A model generated the notes under the pieces. The model was not told the DNA's origin and did not search any database. It saw only the letters and a list, made by a program, of their open reading frames with translations. Below are positions 8,839-20,400 of a DNA stretch of 64,000 nt, piece after piece. Source of the stretch: Chitinophaga sp. (GTDB lineage: Bacteria; Bacteroidota; Bacteroidia; Chitinophagales; Chitinophagaceae); assembly GCF_039596155.1 (NCBI RefSeq), contig NZ_JBCNKF010000011.1, positions 29,642 through 93,641 of the forward strand, written 5' to 3'. Numbering within the stretch: the stretch's first letter is position 1; each line of letters begins with the position of its first letter. Position numbers and translations under genes: made by a program.

Positions 8839-10569
8839 TCATTCATAGCCGGGGTTTTGTACAAGCTGTGGATTCGCACCCATGATATCTTTACCGATGG
8901 GGAAGATGGCGGTATGATTGTCAGCATCAGGTTTTTTGTCCCACCAGGTGCCGGTGTTAAATACGCCCCAGCGAACCAGGTCTGTACGACGACGATTTTC
9001 ACCCAGGAATTCTCGGCCCCATTCATCCAGCATTTCCTGGTCGGTGAGCTGGCTGCCATCCGCCTTATACAGGCTTGGAGACCCTTCCGGATAGTTCCGC
9101 CTGCGTACTGCATTCAACAGTGTGGCGGCTGTTGCTTTATCGCCTGCCCTGTATTTGCATTCGGCCAGGGAGTAATAAATTTCTGACAAACGTACTTCAG
9201 CGTAAGCAGATGTAATACGATTTGGATCAGGCGTAGGGTAGAGTGGATATTTGAGCAGGAAGATGCCTGAGTTGTGGTCTGCATGATTCATGTCAGATTC
9301 TTTGTCTGAAATCTTTGTACCTGGTTTGGCATCGAGGAACCAACCCACCTGATCGCGGATAAATAAAGGATAGGGTCCTTTGTTGCCACGAACGGTATCG
9401 GTTACGGTGTTGCCATTCACGACGCGCTGGTAAGGCAGGTAGCCAAAGAGGAACATTCCTTCGCGGGTACTGTTGCCCAGGTTCTTGTATAGTTTAAGGC
9501 GATAATCGTCCGGATAACGCTGGAACTTTACAAAGGGTTTACCAAGTGCGAATGGGTATTCCACGCTGTCTACATCTCTGCCGGGTTGCAATGCAAAGCG
9601 GGGATTGGCCTGGCCAAAGTCAGTAAACTTACAGTACAGGGGGGCTGCATCGTAAGTCATACTCCAGAAGAACATGCCACCGTCGTACTGCCAGTGGGTA
9701 CGTGAAAGACTACTTGGGAATCCGTAGATGGTTTCTGAATTGACGGTACTGTTTGTATAATCAAATGGCGCATCCCAACGGGTATCCAGTACATAGGTGC
9801 CGTACTTGCCATTGATGATGTCCTGTGCTACGGTGGCACAGTCTGTGAACCTGTCCTGACCGATGTATGCCTGTGCATTCAGGTACAGGCGAACCAGCAA
9901 TGCGGCAGCGCCGGCCTGTGTCCATCGGCCAATGCCATTATTGCCCAGGTCAGCTCTTTTAGGCAGATCAGGTATGGCAGCTTTTAATTCTGACTCGATG
10001 TAAGCAAAAGTTTCTTCAGGTTTAGACTGTTTATTACCTGTGGTGGTATGTTTTACATCCGTGATGATTTCGATGTTGCGATAGAAATCAAATGCCCGTA
10101 GGTAGAACCATGCCCTGAGTGTTCTCAGTTCTGCTTTGAAATCGGCCAGTTCAGTAGGGGTGATGTTGAGCTTTGCGGGGTCGGTGATGCTTTCCATATC
10201 CTGCAGGGAATTGGTCGATAATACAATTCCCTGGTAGAATGCTGTCCAGGCGCCGCTTGTAAACCCATCCTGTGTGGTCCAGGTGTGGTAGTGCATGCGT
10301 TGGTAATAGTTACCATCCTGCCAGTCACCCTGCCTGTTGTAGGTCGCTATTTCGTCAGTAGCGTTTTCACTGGCAGCATAGATATCATTCCCCTGGATGC
10401 TCCAGTAGGCGTGTTCAAAAGGGCGGAGAAAGTCCCTGATCACATCATCTCTTCTCGTGAGGAACTGGCCAACGTCGACCTTGTCGTAAACGGTTTCATC
10501 CAGTTTTGTACAACTGCCCAGCAAAAGTAAAGTGGCCAATGCAGCTTTTACTATATAGTTATTTTTCAT
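8839..10569 (-). CDS. RagB/SusD family nutrient-uptake lipoprotein
   Basis: Lipobox LLGSC; AELRTLRAWFY; VRLSEIYYSLAE; EWGREFLGENRRRTDLVRWG; QNPGY. Confidence 0.95.
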   Translation of the reverse strand: MKNNYIVKAALATLLLLGSCTKLDETVYDKVDVGQFLTRRDDVIRDFLRPFEHAYWSIQGNDIYAASENATDEIATYNRQGDWQDGNYYQRMHYHTWTTQDGFTSGAWTAFYQGIVLSTNSLQDMESITDPAKLNITPTELADFKAELRTLRAWFYLRAFDFYRNIEIITDVKHTTTGNKQSKPEETFAYIESELKAAIPDLPKRADLGNNGIGRWTQAGAAALLVRLYLNAQAYIGQDRFTDCATVAQDIINGKYGTYVLDTRWDAPFDYTNSTVNSETIYGFPSSLSRTHWQYDGGMFFWSMTYDAAPLYCKFTDFGQANPRFALQPGRDVDSVEYPFALGKPFVKFQRYPDDYRLKLYKNLGNSTREGMFLFGYLPYQRVVNGNTVTDTVRGNKGPYPLFIRDQVGWFLDAKPGTKISDKESDMNHADHNSGIFLLKYPLYPTPDPNRITSAYAEVRLSEIYYSLAECKYRAGDKATAATLLNAVRRRNYPEGSPSLYKADGSQLTDQEMLDEWGREFLGENRRRTDLVRWGVFNTGTWWDKKPDADNHTAIFPIGKDIMGANPQLVQNPGYE

Positions 10570-10580
10570 GATTATCTTTT

Positions 10581-13568
10581 TTAGAAGGTTACCTGTACGC
10601 CGCCCAGGAACTGGATGGTAGCCGGATAGAAATTTAAATTGCCCTGAACGCCTGGTGCAATGCCGTTTACGGGATACAGGTCGGGATCACCGCCTTTGAA
10701 GCTGGTGAATGTATGCAGGTTGCTCGCGGCTGCATATAACCTGAATGCCTGCAGGTATTTTGAATTGACTTTGCGGCTATAGCCCAGTGTCACGTTGTCG
10801 AGTTTTACAAAGGAGCCTGATTCCAGGAAGTAATCAGAGGCCAGTGACAAAGTAGAAGAGCTGGTCAGCTTGTTGTATTTACTACCGGCATCGTAAGCAG
10901 ATCGCAACGTATTGGCATCCGTTTGTGTAGCAGGTGTACCTATATAGAAGGCCTGCATGTTAAATAGTTTGTAGCCGAAATTGCCACGGAAGAAAATGTT
11001 CAGGTCCCAGTTCCTGTAGGTGAACATGTTGCCCAGTGAACCGGTGAACTTAGGCAGGCCATTGCCTACAAACTGTTTGTCATCGGCATTGGCATTGTTG
11101 GCTGTTACGACAGTACCATCTTTCTTATATACCAGCAGTGCACCATTCTTATCTACTCCTGCGGATTTCAGCATATAGTAGTCTCCAATGCGGTGACCTT
11201 CCTGCACACGCTGAATCGTACCCGGACTACCCGGTGCAGGTAGTCCTGCTACATCGAGGTAAGGAGAGCCCTGATATATCTTGTTGGAGAAGGAAACGAA
11301 TTTGTTATTATTGAGCGCAGTGGTGAGAGAGACATTGTAATTAAAGTCACTTTGCCTGATGACCTGTGCGTTCAACTGTATCTCAAGTCCTGAGTTCTTC
11401 ATAGTACCCACATTGGTGAAGGTCTGTGACTGTGGGTTGGGAGGTAGTGGTACATTATAATAACCCAGCAGGTCTTTATTGGTCCGAACGTAATAGTTCA
11501 CGGAACCACTCAGCCTGTTGTTGAGGATATCGAAATCGATCCCTGCGTTGAAGTTGATGGCTTTTTCCCAGCTCAGGTCAGGGTTCACGTTTTGTGAAGG
11601 GCCATACACCTGGTAGGTGACACCATTGAAAGTAAAGTAACCATATCCACCGTAGAGTAGCAGGGAGAGATAGTTACCAAAATCCTGGTTACCGGTGATG
11701 CCATAGTCGGCTCTCAATTTCAGGTCGTTCAACCAGCTGATCTTATCTTTCAGGAAGCCCTCGTCAGAAATGCGCCATGCAACAGACACGGCGGGGAAAT
11801 TTCCCCATTTATTGTCCGTACCGAATTTGGAGGAGCCTTCATGCCGGAGGCTGGCGGTAATGATATATTTATTATCGAAGTCGTAATTGATCCTGCCAAA
11901 AAATGCCGCCAGTCGGGAATCATTTTGCGTAGAGGAAACGGCGCCCTGGCCATTGCCCTGTCCGCCACCATTCCAGGTACCGGAGCCGAGGTTATTCCAT
12001 TCGAAAGTATCGAAGGGAAAGTCGTAGTTGTTGGCACTGAATTGCTGATAATTGAAGTAGCTGTAAGAATAACCGCCCAGCAATTTGACATGATGCCGTT
12101 GCAGGTTGAGGGCATAGTTCACCGTCCATTCAATATTCTGCTGATTGTTGTCTACCTGCTCCTGGGAAGCGTAGTTGGTTTTGGTGGTCTGCCCGCTATG
12201 TACTATAGTCGTCATGGTAGACGGCTGGAAGTAAAGATTTTTGTAGGAAGACCTGATATTGGAGATGGTAGCGGTAGAATACAGGTTCTTCAGGATATTC
12301 ACTCTTACAGAACCACTCATATCCAGTTCCTTGATCTCGGCCTGGCTTTTAATCAGTTTGGCATTTTCCACCGGGTTGTTGGCAAAGAAGCCGGTATTGA
12401 GGTAATGAAAGCCTGAGCTGTCATATACAGGTTGTGTTGGATTGAGGGTGATTGCGTTATTGAAGTTGAATTGATCGGCATTGCTGGTTTTCATATACCG
12501 TGGTGCTACGTTCAGCGATACGGAATAGACGTCATTTTTTGAAATATGATTCAGGTTCAGGCGGGCGCCGTATTCCTTTTTCCAGGCACGCAGGTCAATA
12601 CCGTTGGCGTTGCGGTAGTCGGCAGAGGCAAAGTAATTGTCATTGGCAGTACCGCCGGAGAGCTGCAAGGTATGTTTCTGCCCGTAGGTGGGATTGCGGG
12701 TCACGGCTTTCATCCAGTCCGTATTGGCGCCATAGTCGATACCCTGGGTAGGGGTGGCATGAACGCGGTATTGCCTGAATTCGTCTGCCGTGAGTACGCG
12801 GGGAGCCATGGTGATCTTATCGATGCTGACGTAGCCATTGTAGACCATTTTTGAATCGCCTGTTCCTTTCTTCGTAGTGATGATGATCACACCATTGCTA
12901 CCACGGGTGCCATAGATGGCAGACGCAGCACCACCTTTGAGTACATCGATCGATTCGATATCGTTCTGGTTAATATTATCGATATTACCGCCGGGTACAC
13001 CGTTCACAACATACAATGGACCCAGGCCGGCACTGCGGGAGGATACCCCCCTGAGCTGGATGCTGGGAGAGGAGTTAGGGTCCGCAGTGGCAGTATTGGT
13101 AATGGTAAGCCCCGCTACTTTGCCCTGCAGGGACATAAGGGGGTTATTGCCCGCGACGGATTTCAGTTCATTCGCGCTGACATGCGTAATAGCACTGGAC
13201 ACCTCTCTCTTATTCAGGGTGCCATAGCCAACACTCACTACTTCCACCCCTTTTAGTTCCTGAACATTTTGGGCCAGTTTTACTAATAAGGTATTTTGAT
13301 TGGAGAGTTGAATGGTTTTCGTCAGGTAGTCAATAGATGAAAATGTGAGTGCCTGGTCGGTTGTAGTGACGGACAATACAAATGAGCCGTTGGCGTCAGT
13401 AGTGGTACCTGTTTTGGCACCTACTACCCTGATTGTCACCCCCGGCAAAGGATCATTGGTGGTAGAATCAATGACCTTGCCTGAAATTGCCCTGTTTTGG
13501 GCAAAGGTGGAATTCCCCAGTGTGATGAAAATGAGACAAGTAAAAAGTCGTAAAAAGTTTTTTAGCAT
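10581..13568 (-). CDS. SusC/RagA family TonB-dependent receptor
   Basis: Carboxypeptidase-like N-domain, plug DIESIDVLKGGAASAIYGTRGSNGVIIITTK, C-terminal GVQVTF. Start taken at Met33 (MLKNFLRLF signal peptide). Confidence 0.95.
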   Translation of the reverse strand: MLKNFLRLFTCLIFITLGNSTFAQNRAISGKVIDSTTNDPLPGVTIRVVGAKTGTTTDANGSFVLSVTTTDQALTFSSIDYLTKTIQLSNQNTLLVKLAQNVQELKGVEVVSVGYGTLNKREVSSAITHVSANELKSVAGNNPLMSLQGKVAGLTITNTATADPNSSPSIQLRGVSSRSAGLGPLYVVNGVPGGNIDNINQNDIESIDVLKGGAASAIYGTRGSNGVIIITTKKGTGDSKMVYNGYVSIDKITMAPRVLTADEFRQYRVHATPTQGIDYGANTDWMKAVTRNPTYGQKHTLQLSGGTANDNYFASADYRNANGIDLRAWKKEYGARLNLNHISKNDVYSVSLNVAPRYMKTSNADQFNFNNAITLNPTQPVYDSSGFHYLNTGFFANNPVENAKLIKSQAEIKELDMSGSVRVNILKNLYSTATISNIRSSYKNLYFQPSTMTTIVHSGQTTKTNYASQEQVDNNQQNIEWTVNYALNLQRHHVKLLGGYSYSYFNYQQFSANNYDFPFDTFEWNNLGSGTWNGGGQGNGQGAVSSTQNDSRLAAFFGRINYDFDNKYIITASLRHEGSSKFGTDNKWGNFPAVSVAWRISDEGFLKDKISWLNDLKLRADYGITGNQDFGNYLSLLLYGGYGYFTFNGVTYQVYGPSQNVNPDLSWEKAINFNAGIDFDILNNRLSGSVNYYVRTNKDLLGYYNVPLPPNPQSQTFTNVGTMKNSGLEIQLNAQVIRQSDFNYNVSLTTALNNNKFVSFSNKIYQGSPYLDVAGLPAPGSPGTIQRVQEGHRIGDYYMLKSAGVDKNGALLVYKKDGTVVTANNANADDKQFVGNGLPKFTGSLGNMFTYRNWDLNIFFRGNFGYKLFNMQAFYIGTPATQTDANTLRSAYDAGSKYNKLTSSSTLSLASDYFLESGSFVKLDNVTLGYSRKVNSKYLQAFRLYAAASNLHTFTSFKGGDPDLYPVNGIAPGVQGNLNFYPATIQFLGGVQVTF

Positions 13569-13790
13569 AACGGAGTGCTTAAATAGTTCACGTGGATTTT
13601 TTTTAATATCGCTGCAGCAGGTCAAAATAAATGAGTAATTAAGGGAGTTGTGTAAGGGTGTCATTTTACAAAGCGAAAATCTAACTGTTTATAAATGCAA
13701 ATTTTTGATTGTCAGTGTATTGCTGCGTCGGGTGGGGCGAAAAATCTAAGGGGCCTAAGAACAAAAAATGTACTTTTAAGGTACTTATAT

Positions 13791-15401
13791 ATGAATAGAA
13801 TATTATTTATCACTGTTTTTTTGCTGTCTTTTTTTCGGGGATATGCACAGCATATCGATGCCGATAGTTTGATCGATGTACTAAAAACAGAGCTGAAAAA
13901 AGAAGGTGTGTACGACCAGGGCCGGCAAAATCGGATTGCAGTATTGCGCGATTCATTGCTTCTGGCAGACAGCAATAACTTTGACTTACTATATAGGCTA
14001 TATTCCGGCATATATGATGAGTATTCGTCGTTTAAGTTTGATTCTGCCTATGTATATGTAAAGAAAAGGATTGCGCTGGCAGAGCAATTTCATAAGAAGG
14101 ATGAGTTGATAGCGAGTGAGATCCAGCTGGGATATACCTTATATTTTTCCGGGTTTTATAAAGAAGCGTTCGATGTGATTGGAAAAATGGATACCCTTCA
14201 TTTTTCAAAAACGCAGCGGAGCGATTACCTGACTATGCGGGCCAGGTTGAACCAGAGTATTGCAGATTATGACAACGATCCATTTTTCTCAAAGGGGTAT
14301 TATGAGCAATCAGATCTGGATTTCAGGAGTGCACAGGTGATCACTCCATTTAATGAATTTGAGAAGAAGATAGACATGGCATTTTTGCCGGATTCAATCA
14401 GGCCCCAAAATCTGACCCCTGATTACTTTTTCAATCTGATCATACAACAGGATTTGTCGCCCCATCGCGTAGCGATGGTAGCTACCCGTATCAGTGCTGC
14501 CTATAGGGGGAAGGACAGGGTGATGTTTTTAGCATTGGCCGCGATAGGGGATATCCGGTCTTCCACCAAGGAAACGCTGGCTATTTTTCTGCTGGCGCAG
14601 GAGTTGTACCATATGAACCAGACAAATGATGCATACATATTCATGCAGGCGGCAGCCCGCAATGCCAACTTTTATGGTACGCGCAACCGGGCGGTGCAGA
14701 TAGAATCGCTGCTGCCAATGGTGGCCGGGAAGGTGATAGCCGCAAAGCAGCACCAGCGGGATAAGTTATTGATAGGCTTCCTGACTTTCCTGATCGTGGC
14801 AGTCGTGTTGTTCTTTTTGTTGTTCATCTACCGAAAGCAGCTAATGCGGATAAAAGCAAGTGAGGCCCTGATAAAGGAGAAGAATACACAGCTGGAGAAT
14901 GTGAATGAACAGCTGTGGGAGTCATCGAAGATAAAAGAGGAATTGATCGGGTTATTTTTAAAGACCTGTTCTTCTTATATAGAGACGTTGGAAAGGATGA
15001 AACAATCAGCTTTGCATAGCATTAAACTGAAAAAGTATGGCGAGGTGAATGACCTGATGAAGGGGATGGACGTCAAAGAGGAGAAGGAGCGTTTGTATAC
15101 AATGCTGGATACCGTGTTCCTGACGATGTTCCCCAATTTCATTACTTCATTTAACGGTTTGCTGAAGCCGGAAGATCAGATCTGGCCCAGGTCGGGCGAG
15201 ACACTGAATGCCACGCTCCGGATATTTGCGCTGATGCGGCTGGGCATCCATGAGCATGAGGCCATTGCAAAGATCCTTGATTATAGTGTGAGTACAGTAT
15301 ATACATATAAAACGAGGATAAAATCGAGGGCATTGGTGCCGGCAAATGATTTTGAGCACAAGATTATGGAGATCAAGTTTATAAACGGGGAAAATGGTTA
15401 A
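13791..15401 (+). CDS. SusR-like (DUF6377) membrane-bound transcriptional regulator
   Basis: Signal peptide, TPR-like periplasmic region, TM helix, C-terminal LYTMLDTVFLTMFPNFITSFN...LRIFALMRLGI...IAKILDYSVSTVYTYK HTH. Divergent from susC. Start at Met33. Confidence 0.85.
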   Translation: MNRILFITVFLLSFFRGYAQHIDADSLIDVLKTELKKEGVYDQGRQNRIAVLRDSLLLADSNNFDLLYRLYSGIYDEYSSFKFDSAYVYVKKRIALAEQFHKKDELIASEIQLGYTLYFSGFYKEAFDVIGKMDTLHFSKTQRSDYLTMRARLNQSIADYDNDPFFSKGYYEQSDLDFRSAQVITPFNEFEKKIDMAFLPDSIRPQNLTPDYFFNLIIQQDLSPHRVAMVATRISAAYRGKDRVMFLALAAIGDIRSSTKETLAIFLLAQELYHMNQTNDAYIFMQAAARNANFYGTRNRAVQIESLLPMVAGKVIAAKQHQRDKLLIGFLTFLIVAVVLFFLLFIYRKQLMRIKASEALIKEKNTQLENVNEQLWESSKIKEELIGLFLKTCSSYIETLERMKQSALHSIKLKKYGEVNDLMKGMDVKEEKERLYTMLDTVFLTMFPNFITSFNGLLKPEDQIWPRSGETLNATLRIFALMRLGIHEHEAIAKILDYSVSTVYTYKTRIKSRALVPANDFEHKIMEIKFINGENG

Positions 15402-15452
15402 GTTTGGACGAATCGCTTTTTTATTTCGGGGTTTAGCCGGTAATTTGCAGTT

Positions 15453-17255
15453 ATGGAACAAGGGAATGGCTATTCTTCAGTAAAGTTAACAAAGGAGCAG
15501 GTTGCGATCATTCAATCGAAGGGCAGTGTCCGGATCAATGCCATTGCTGGCTCCGGTAAGACGACAACTATTATAGAATATGCTGCATCCAGGCCGGGCA
15601 ACCCTTCTATATTGTACCTGGCATTTAACAAATCGGTAAGGCTGGAGGCGACCCGTAAATTCGAAGCGAAAGGGCTTTCGAATGTAAGGGTGGAAACTGC
15701 GCACTCGCTGGCGTATAAGACGATTGTATTTCAGTATAATTACAAGGTGCGCGGACAAGGGTATAAGAATGGGGAGATCGTGGATATATTAAGATTGAAG
15801 GGAAATGGTGATAAGCATAGTGAGTATGTGATAGCCACGCACATTAATAAGTTCCTGTCTTACTACTGTAATAGCAGTACCGTTAAAATAGTAGAGCTCA
15901 ATTACCTGGAGACGCTGACAGATAAGGAGGCCATCGCGTTTGTTACAAAGTTCTATACAACGATAGAGAATGGCACCAGGGCCATGCTGAATAAAATGAA
16001 TACCGGTGAGATAGAGATTACCCATGATTTTTATCTGAAAAAATTCCAGCTGGTCAATCCTGTTTTATACTACGATTATATTCTTTTTGATGAGGCACAG
16101 GATGCTTCGGGGGTGATGCTGGATGTAATATTAAAACAGGAAGGTACGAAGGTGATAGTAGGGGATGTACACCAGCAGATCTATGGCTGGCGGCATGCAG
16201 TGAATTCACTGGAGAAAGCAAATTTTGACCTGCTCAGGTTATCCACGAGTTTCCGTTATGTACAGGACGTAGCCAACCTGGCAGCGGAAATCCTCTACTG
16301 GAAGAATCATTTGACAGCTACTCAAAAGGTCACCATCTTTGGTAGGCCTAAGCCGGTAAAACCGGGCAACCTGAAAGCGACGATAGCAAGAACGAACCTG
16401 GGCTTGCTGCTGAATGCAATAGATTTTATAACAGATCATCCAAAGGTAAAGCATATTTATTTTGAGGGGAATATCAATTCATATACCTATGCGGATGATG
16501 GTACGTCGTTGTATGATGTATTAAACCTGCAGAACGGAAATCTCGACAGGGTGAACGATAAGGTGGTGAAGTCTATGAGAAACCTGGAAGAGCTGGAGGA
16601 GTATATAGAAAAGACAGAAGATGTGCAGCTGGGTACAATGGTGGAGATTGTGAAAGAATACGGGAATGAGATCTTCGGAATCATGAAGAAACTGAAAGCA
16701 CTGCATGTGGGAGATGATCAGCGGCATAAGGCGGAGATGGTATTTTCTACAGTGCACCGGGCAAAGGGAATGGAGTATGATACTGTATACCTGGTGAATG
16801 ATTTTATTGCGGAAGAAAAGCTGAAGGAACTGAATAAAAAAGAAGATTCAGATGTAGACCGGTTGATGGAAGAAGTAAACTTATTGTACGTGGCTGTGAC
16901 CCGTACCAAGGGACAGTTGAATATCCCTGAAACATTAGTGCCTGCCGGTTTCCCCAGCTCTCCTTATATCAATGTACTGAAGGTGAAGGCAGAGGGAAAT
17001 CCTTATAATAATATCAAGTCATCATCACTACGACGGTTAAATAAGCATACACCGGAAGAAAATAAAGCAAAAACATTTATAAAGAAGAGAGAGTCAATTA
17101 AAGAGGCGGGTAAGCCGTGGACGGCGAGGCAGGACGAGGAGTTGAAGATCATGTTTGAAAAAGGAATGCCGGTGAGCCGGCTGACAGTTTACTTTGACAG
17201 GACGAAGGGTGCAATATTAGAGCGATTAAAGAAACTGGGATATTACCTGGATTAA
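15453..17255 (+). CDS. UvrD-like superfamily 1 helicase with C-terminal Myb/HTH-like tail
   Basis: Motifs AGSGKT, FDEAQD, VGDVHQQIYGWR, STSFRY, STVHRAKGMEY, NLLYVAVTR; tail KPWTARQDEELK...FDRTKGAILERLKKLG. Confidence 0.85.
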   Translation: MEQGNGYSSVKLTKEQVAIIQSKGSVRINAIAGSGKTTTIIEYAASRPGNPSILYLAFNKSVRLEATRKFEAKGLSNVRVETAHSLAYKTIVFQYNYKVRGQGYKNGEIVDILRLKGNGDKHSEYVIATHINKFLSYYCNSSTVKIVELNYLETLTDKEAIAFVTKFYTTIENGTRAMLNKMNTGEIEITHDFYLKKFQLVNPVLYYDYILFDEAQDASGVMLDVILKQEGTKVIVGDVHQQIYGWRHAVNSLEKANFDLLRLSTSFRYVQDVANLAAEILYWKNHLTATQKVTIFGRPKPVKPGNLKATIARTNLGLLLNAIDFITDHPKVKHIYFEGNINSYTYADDGTSLYDVLNLQNGNLDRVNDKVVKSMRNLEELEEYIEKTEDVQLGTMVEIVKEYGNEIFGIMKKLKALHVGDDQRHKAEMVFSTVHRAKGMEYDTVYLVNDFIAEEKLKELNKKEDSDVDRLMEEVNLLYVAVTRTKGQLNIPETLVPAGFPSSPYINVLKVKAEGNPYNNIKSSSLRRLNKHTPEENKAKTFIKKRESIKEAGKPWTARQDEELKIMFEKGMPVSRLTVYFDRTKGAILERLKKLGYYLD

Positions 17256-17415
17256 GATATATTCAATTAATGGGTCGGTTCCTGGTTTTACCCCGTGCAT
17301 CGGGGCAGCCGAAAAAAATATGTTCTCCTATGTTATCATGCCGATAAATTCATTAAATTGTCAGAAATACACTTTACCTGTCAATCTATAAGAGACCCAC
17401 TAATTCCATGTTTTT

Positions 17416-20400
17416 GTGAAATATATTTTTTATATATTATTCCTGTTGTTTGTCCCACAGGTAGTTATTTCGCAACAGAGTGATTTCAACTTTGTCAATT
17501 TTACTACCGGTAATGGTTTGTCTTCCAACACAGTAAATGCTATTCTGAAGGATAAGTATGGATTTATGTGGTTTGGAACTGATGACGGACTGAATCGGTT
17601 TGATGGGCTTACATTCACGGTTTACCGGCATAAAGAGGGAGATTCATCCAGTCTGGGCGGTAATTCGATATTCGCTTTGCACGAAGACCGTTCCGGTAAT
17701 TTATGGATAGGTACCAACAATACATTGTCATGTTACAACCGTAAGCAAGACGCCTTCATCAATTACAAATTTACCTTTAATAATACAGCGCGCACCCTTT
17801 TCTGTGATCATACCGGGCAGGTGTGGATCGGGAGCTATATCGGTCTGTTCAGGTTAAATCCCCGGACTGGGGGAGTAGTCCGTTATACGGCAAATCCCGG
17901 CAAGCCGGGCTCGCTGTCGTCTAACGTCATTACCTGTGTAATGGAAGACAGCCGCCACCGGCTATGGATAGGAAGCAATGCAGGCTTGTACCGGTACCAG
18001 GCGGAAGGGGACTACTTTAAGCATTTTAGCCATGAGCCGGCAGACTCACTTTCTTTGCCTGACAATTCCATCAAAGCCATCACCGAAGATCATAACGGGA
18101 ACTTGTGGATCGGTACAGAAGATGATGGGTTATCAATGTTACTACCCGATGGCGGGCATTTTCGTACTTATAGGCATAGCAACACCGATAAGAATTCCCT
18201 GAGCAGTAACCGTATCTGGTCTTTGGCAGCAGAAAATGCAAACCGTATCTGGGTAGGAACCGAAGAAGGGCTGAATATTTTCGACCTGCAAAAGAAGACC
18301 TCGCAGCGCATAGAGCACGATGCCAGGAATCGTTATAGTTTACAGGGCAAGTCAGTACGGAGCATATACATCGATAACAATGGTATTTACTGGGTGGGCA
18401 CCTACCAGGGAGGTATCAGTAAATACGACAGGAACCTGGCTTTTTTTAATCTCAGGGAGAGTAACCCGTTCGACCCGGAGGGATTGACGGCTCCGATAGT
18501 GACGTCTTTTTCTGAAGATGCCAATGGCGACATTTATGTGGGCACAGACGGCGGGGGGATCAATCTTTTTCACAGGAATACAGGCCTGTTCAGCCATCCC
18601 GTTTTCTATGAGGAGGGCAAGCCCCCGGCGGTACTTTCTCTTGAACATGCTGACGGGCTACTCTGGATAGGTACTTTTATGCATGGCATCTACACACTGC
18701 ATCTGCAAACGGGTAAGGTGCATCATTATTTAAAAGGCGATGATGATCATCAACCCTCCGGCAATGATATTTTTTGTCTGAAAAAAGACAGCCGGGGTAA
18801 TATCTGGATTGGCACTAACGGGAATGGTGTGAATGTGTATGACCCCGTATCCGGCGTGTTCAAACGTTTCGATCCGGTCATCCATTATAAAAATGACAGC
18901 ATTACGGTACTACACCAGGGTTTTATCAGAACGATAGAGGAAGATAAAGCAGGCAATATCTGGATAGGAACAATTGGGGCAGGCATATTTATGTTAGATC
19001 CATCAGGTAAGATCATCAGGACGTTTACCATGCAGAACAGTGACCTTCCTGCTAACAATGTACAAACAATATGCGCCGGGCAAAGCGGTAGAATCTGGGT
19101 AGGTATTCACAGTGCAGGACTATGCCTGTTAGATCCAAAAACCGGCAAATTTCAACGTTATGCCGAACAGGAGGGATTATCCAATGCCGTGATCTATAAG
19201 ATCCTTGAAGATGATGCAGGGAAGGTATGGGTCAGCAGCAATAAGGGAATCAGTAGTTTTGACCCGTCCACCAGCACCTTTAAGAACTATTACCAGTATA
19301 ATGGGTTGCAGCGCAGTACTTTCTGCCTGGGAGCAGGGATAAAGACAGAACGGGGAGAACTTTTTTTCGGCGGACTGGAAGGGTTTAATTATTTCAATCC
19401 CAGGTTCCTTAATTACAACAGGATTGTGCCCCGCATTGTATTGACTGATCTTAAAATTGGCAATACCTCCGTGATTCCGGGAGCACATGCGCCTATCCAG
19501 TCACATATATCGTTAGCGGATTGTATCCGGCTGGATTATAAGCAACACTTCACCATCAATTTTGCTACGCTGAACTATACGGCACCCCAGGAGAGCCGGT
19601 ATTCCTATATGTTGCAGGGGTTCGATAAAGGCTGGAATGATATAGGTTCATCCCGCATGGCCGTGTTTTCAAATCTGCGGCCGGGCAATTATGTATTCAG
19701 GGTCAGGGCCAGCTGTGATGATGGGGCATGGCATACCGAGGAAGCTGTTATCAAGGTATATGTCAGACCTCCTTTTTGGTTGACTATTTATGCATACCTG
19801 TTTTATCTCGTAGCAGCTATTGCAATTTTGTGGGGACTGCGGTACAGGGCTATCCGCAAACTGAAAGCCCGGTTTGCACTGGAGCAGGAAAGGATACAGG
19901 TGAGGCAGGCGATAGAAATGGACCGGAAAGAAGCAGAAAGACAACGAGAATTTGAACAGGCGAAGATCAAATACCTGGTGAACCTGAGCCACGAATTCCG
20001 CACACCGGTTTCGCTCATTGCCGGGCCGGTTGATAAACTCATCCATAACGAAATGGCGCCTGAAAAACTGAAGCAACTGAACCTGGTGAAGCGGAACGCG
20101 CGGCGCCTGTTGAACATGGTCAACCAGTTACTGGATTTTCGAAAACTGGAAGAACAGGAGACGAAACTGGACCTTACCCGCGATGACATTATCACATTTA
20201 TAACTGAGGTGATAGAACTGTTCAAGGACATCTCTGAGCACAGGCAGATCAGCTTTATGTTTACCAGCGCTATTCCTCATTATTGCACCGCTTTTGACAG
20301 GGATAAGCTGGAGCGGGTGTTGTTTAACCTGCTTTCCAACGCATTTAAATTTACCCCGAAAGGCGGTGCTATATCACTGAGTGTAGACCCAGACCCGGAA

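Noticed and set aside
17291-17318. ccccg/cgggg hairpin after the helicase as a terminator
   Set aside because: Only a 5-bp stem, followed by an A run rather than a U run on the coding strand.
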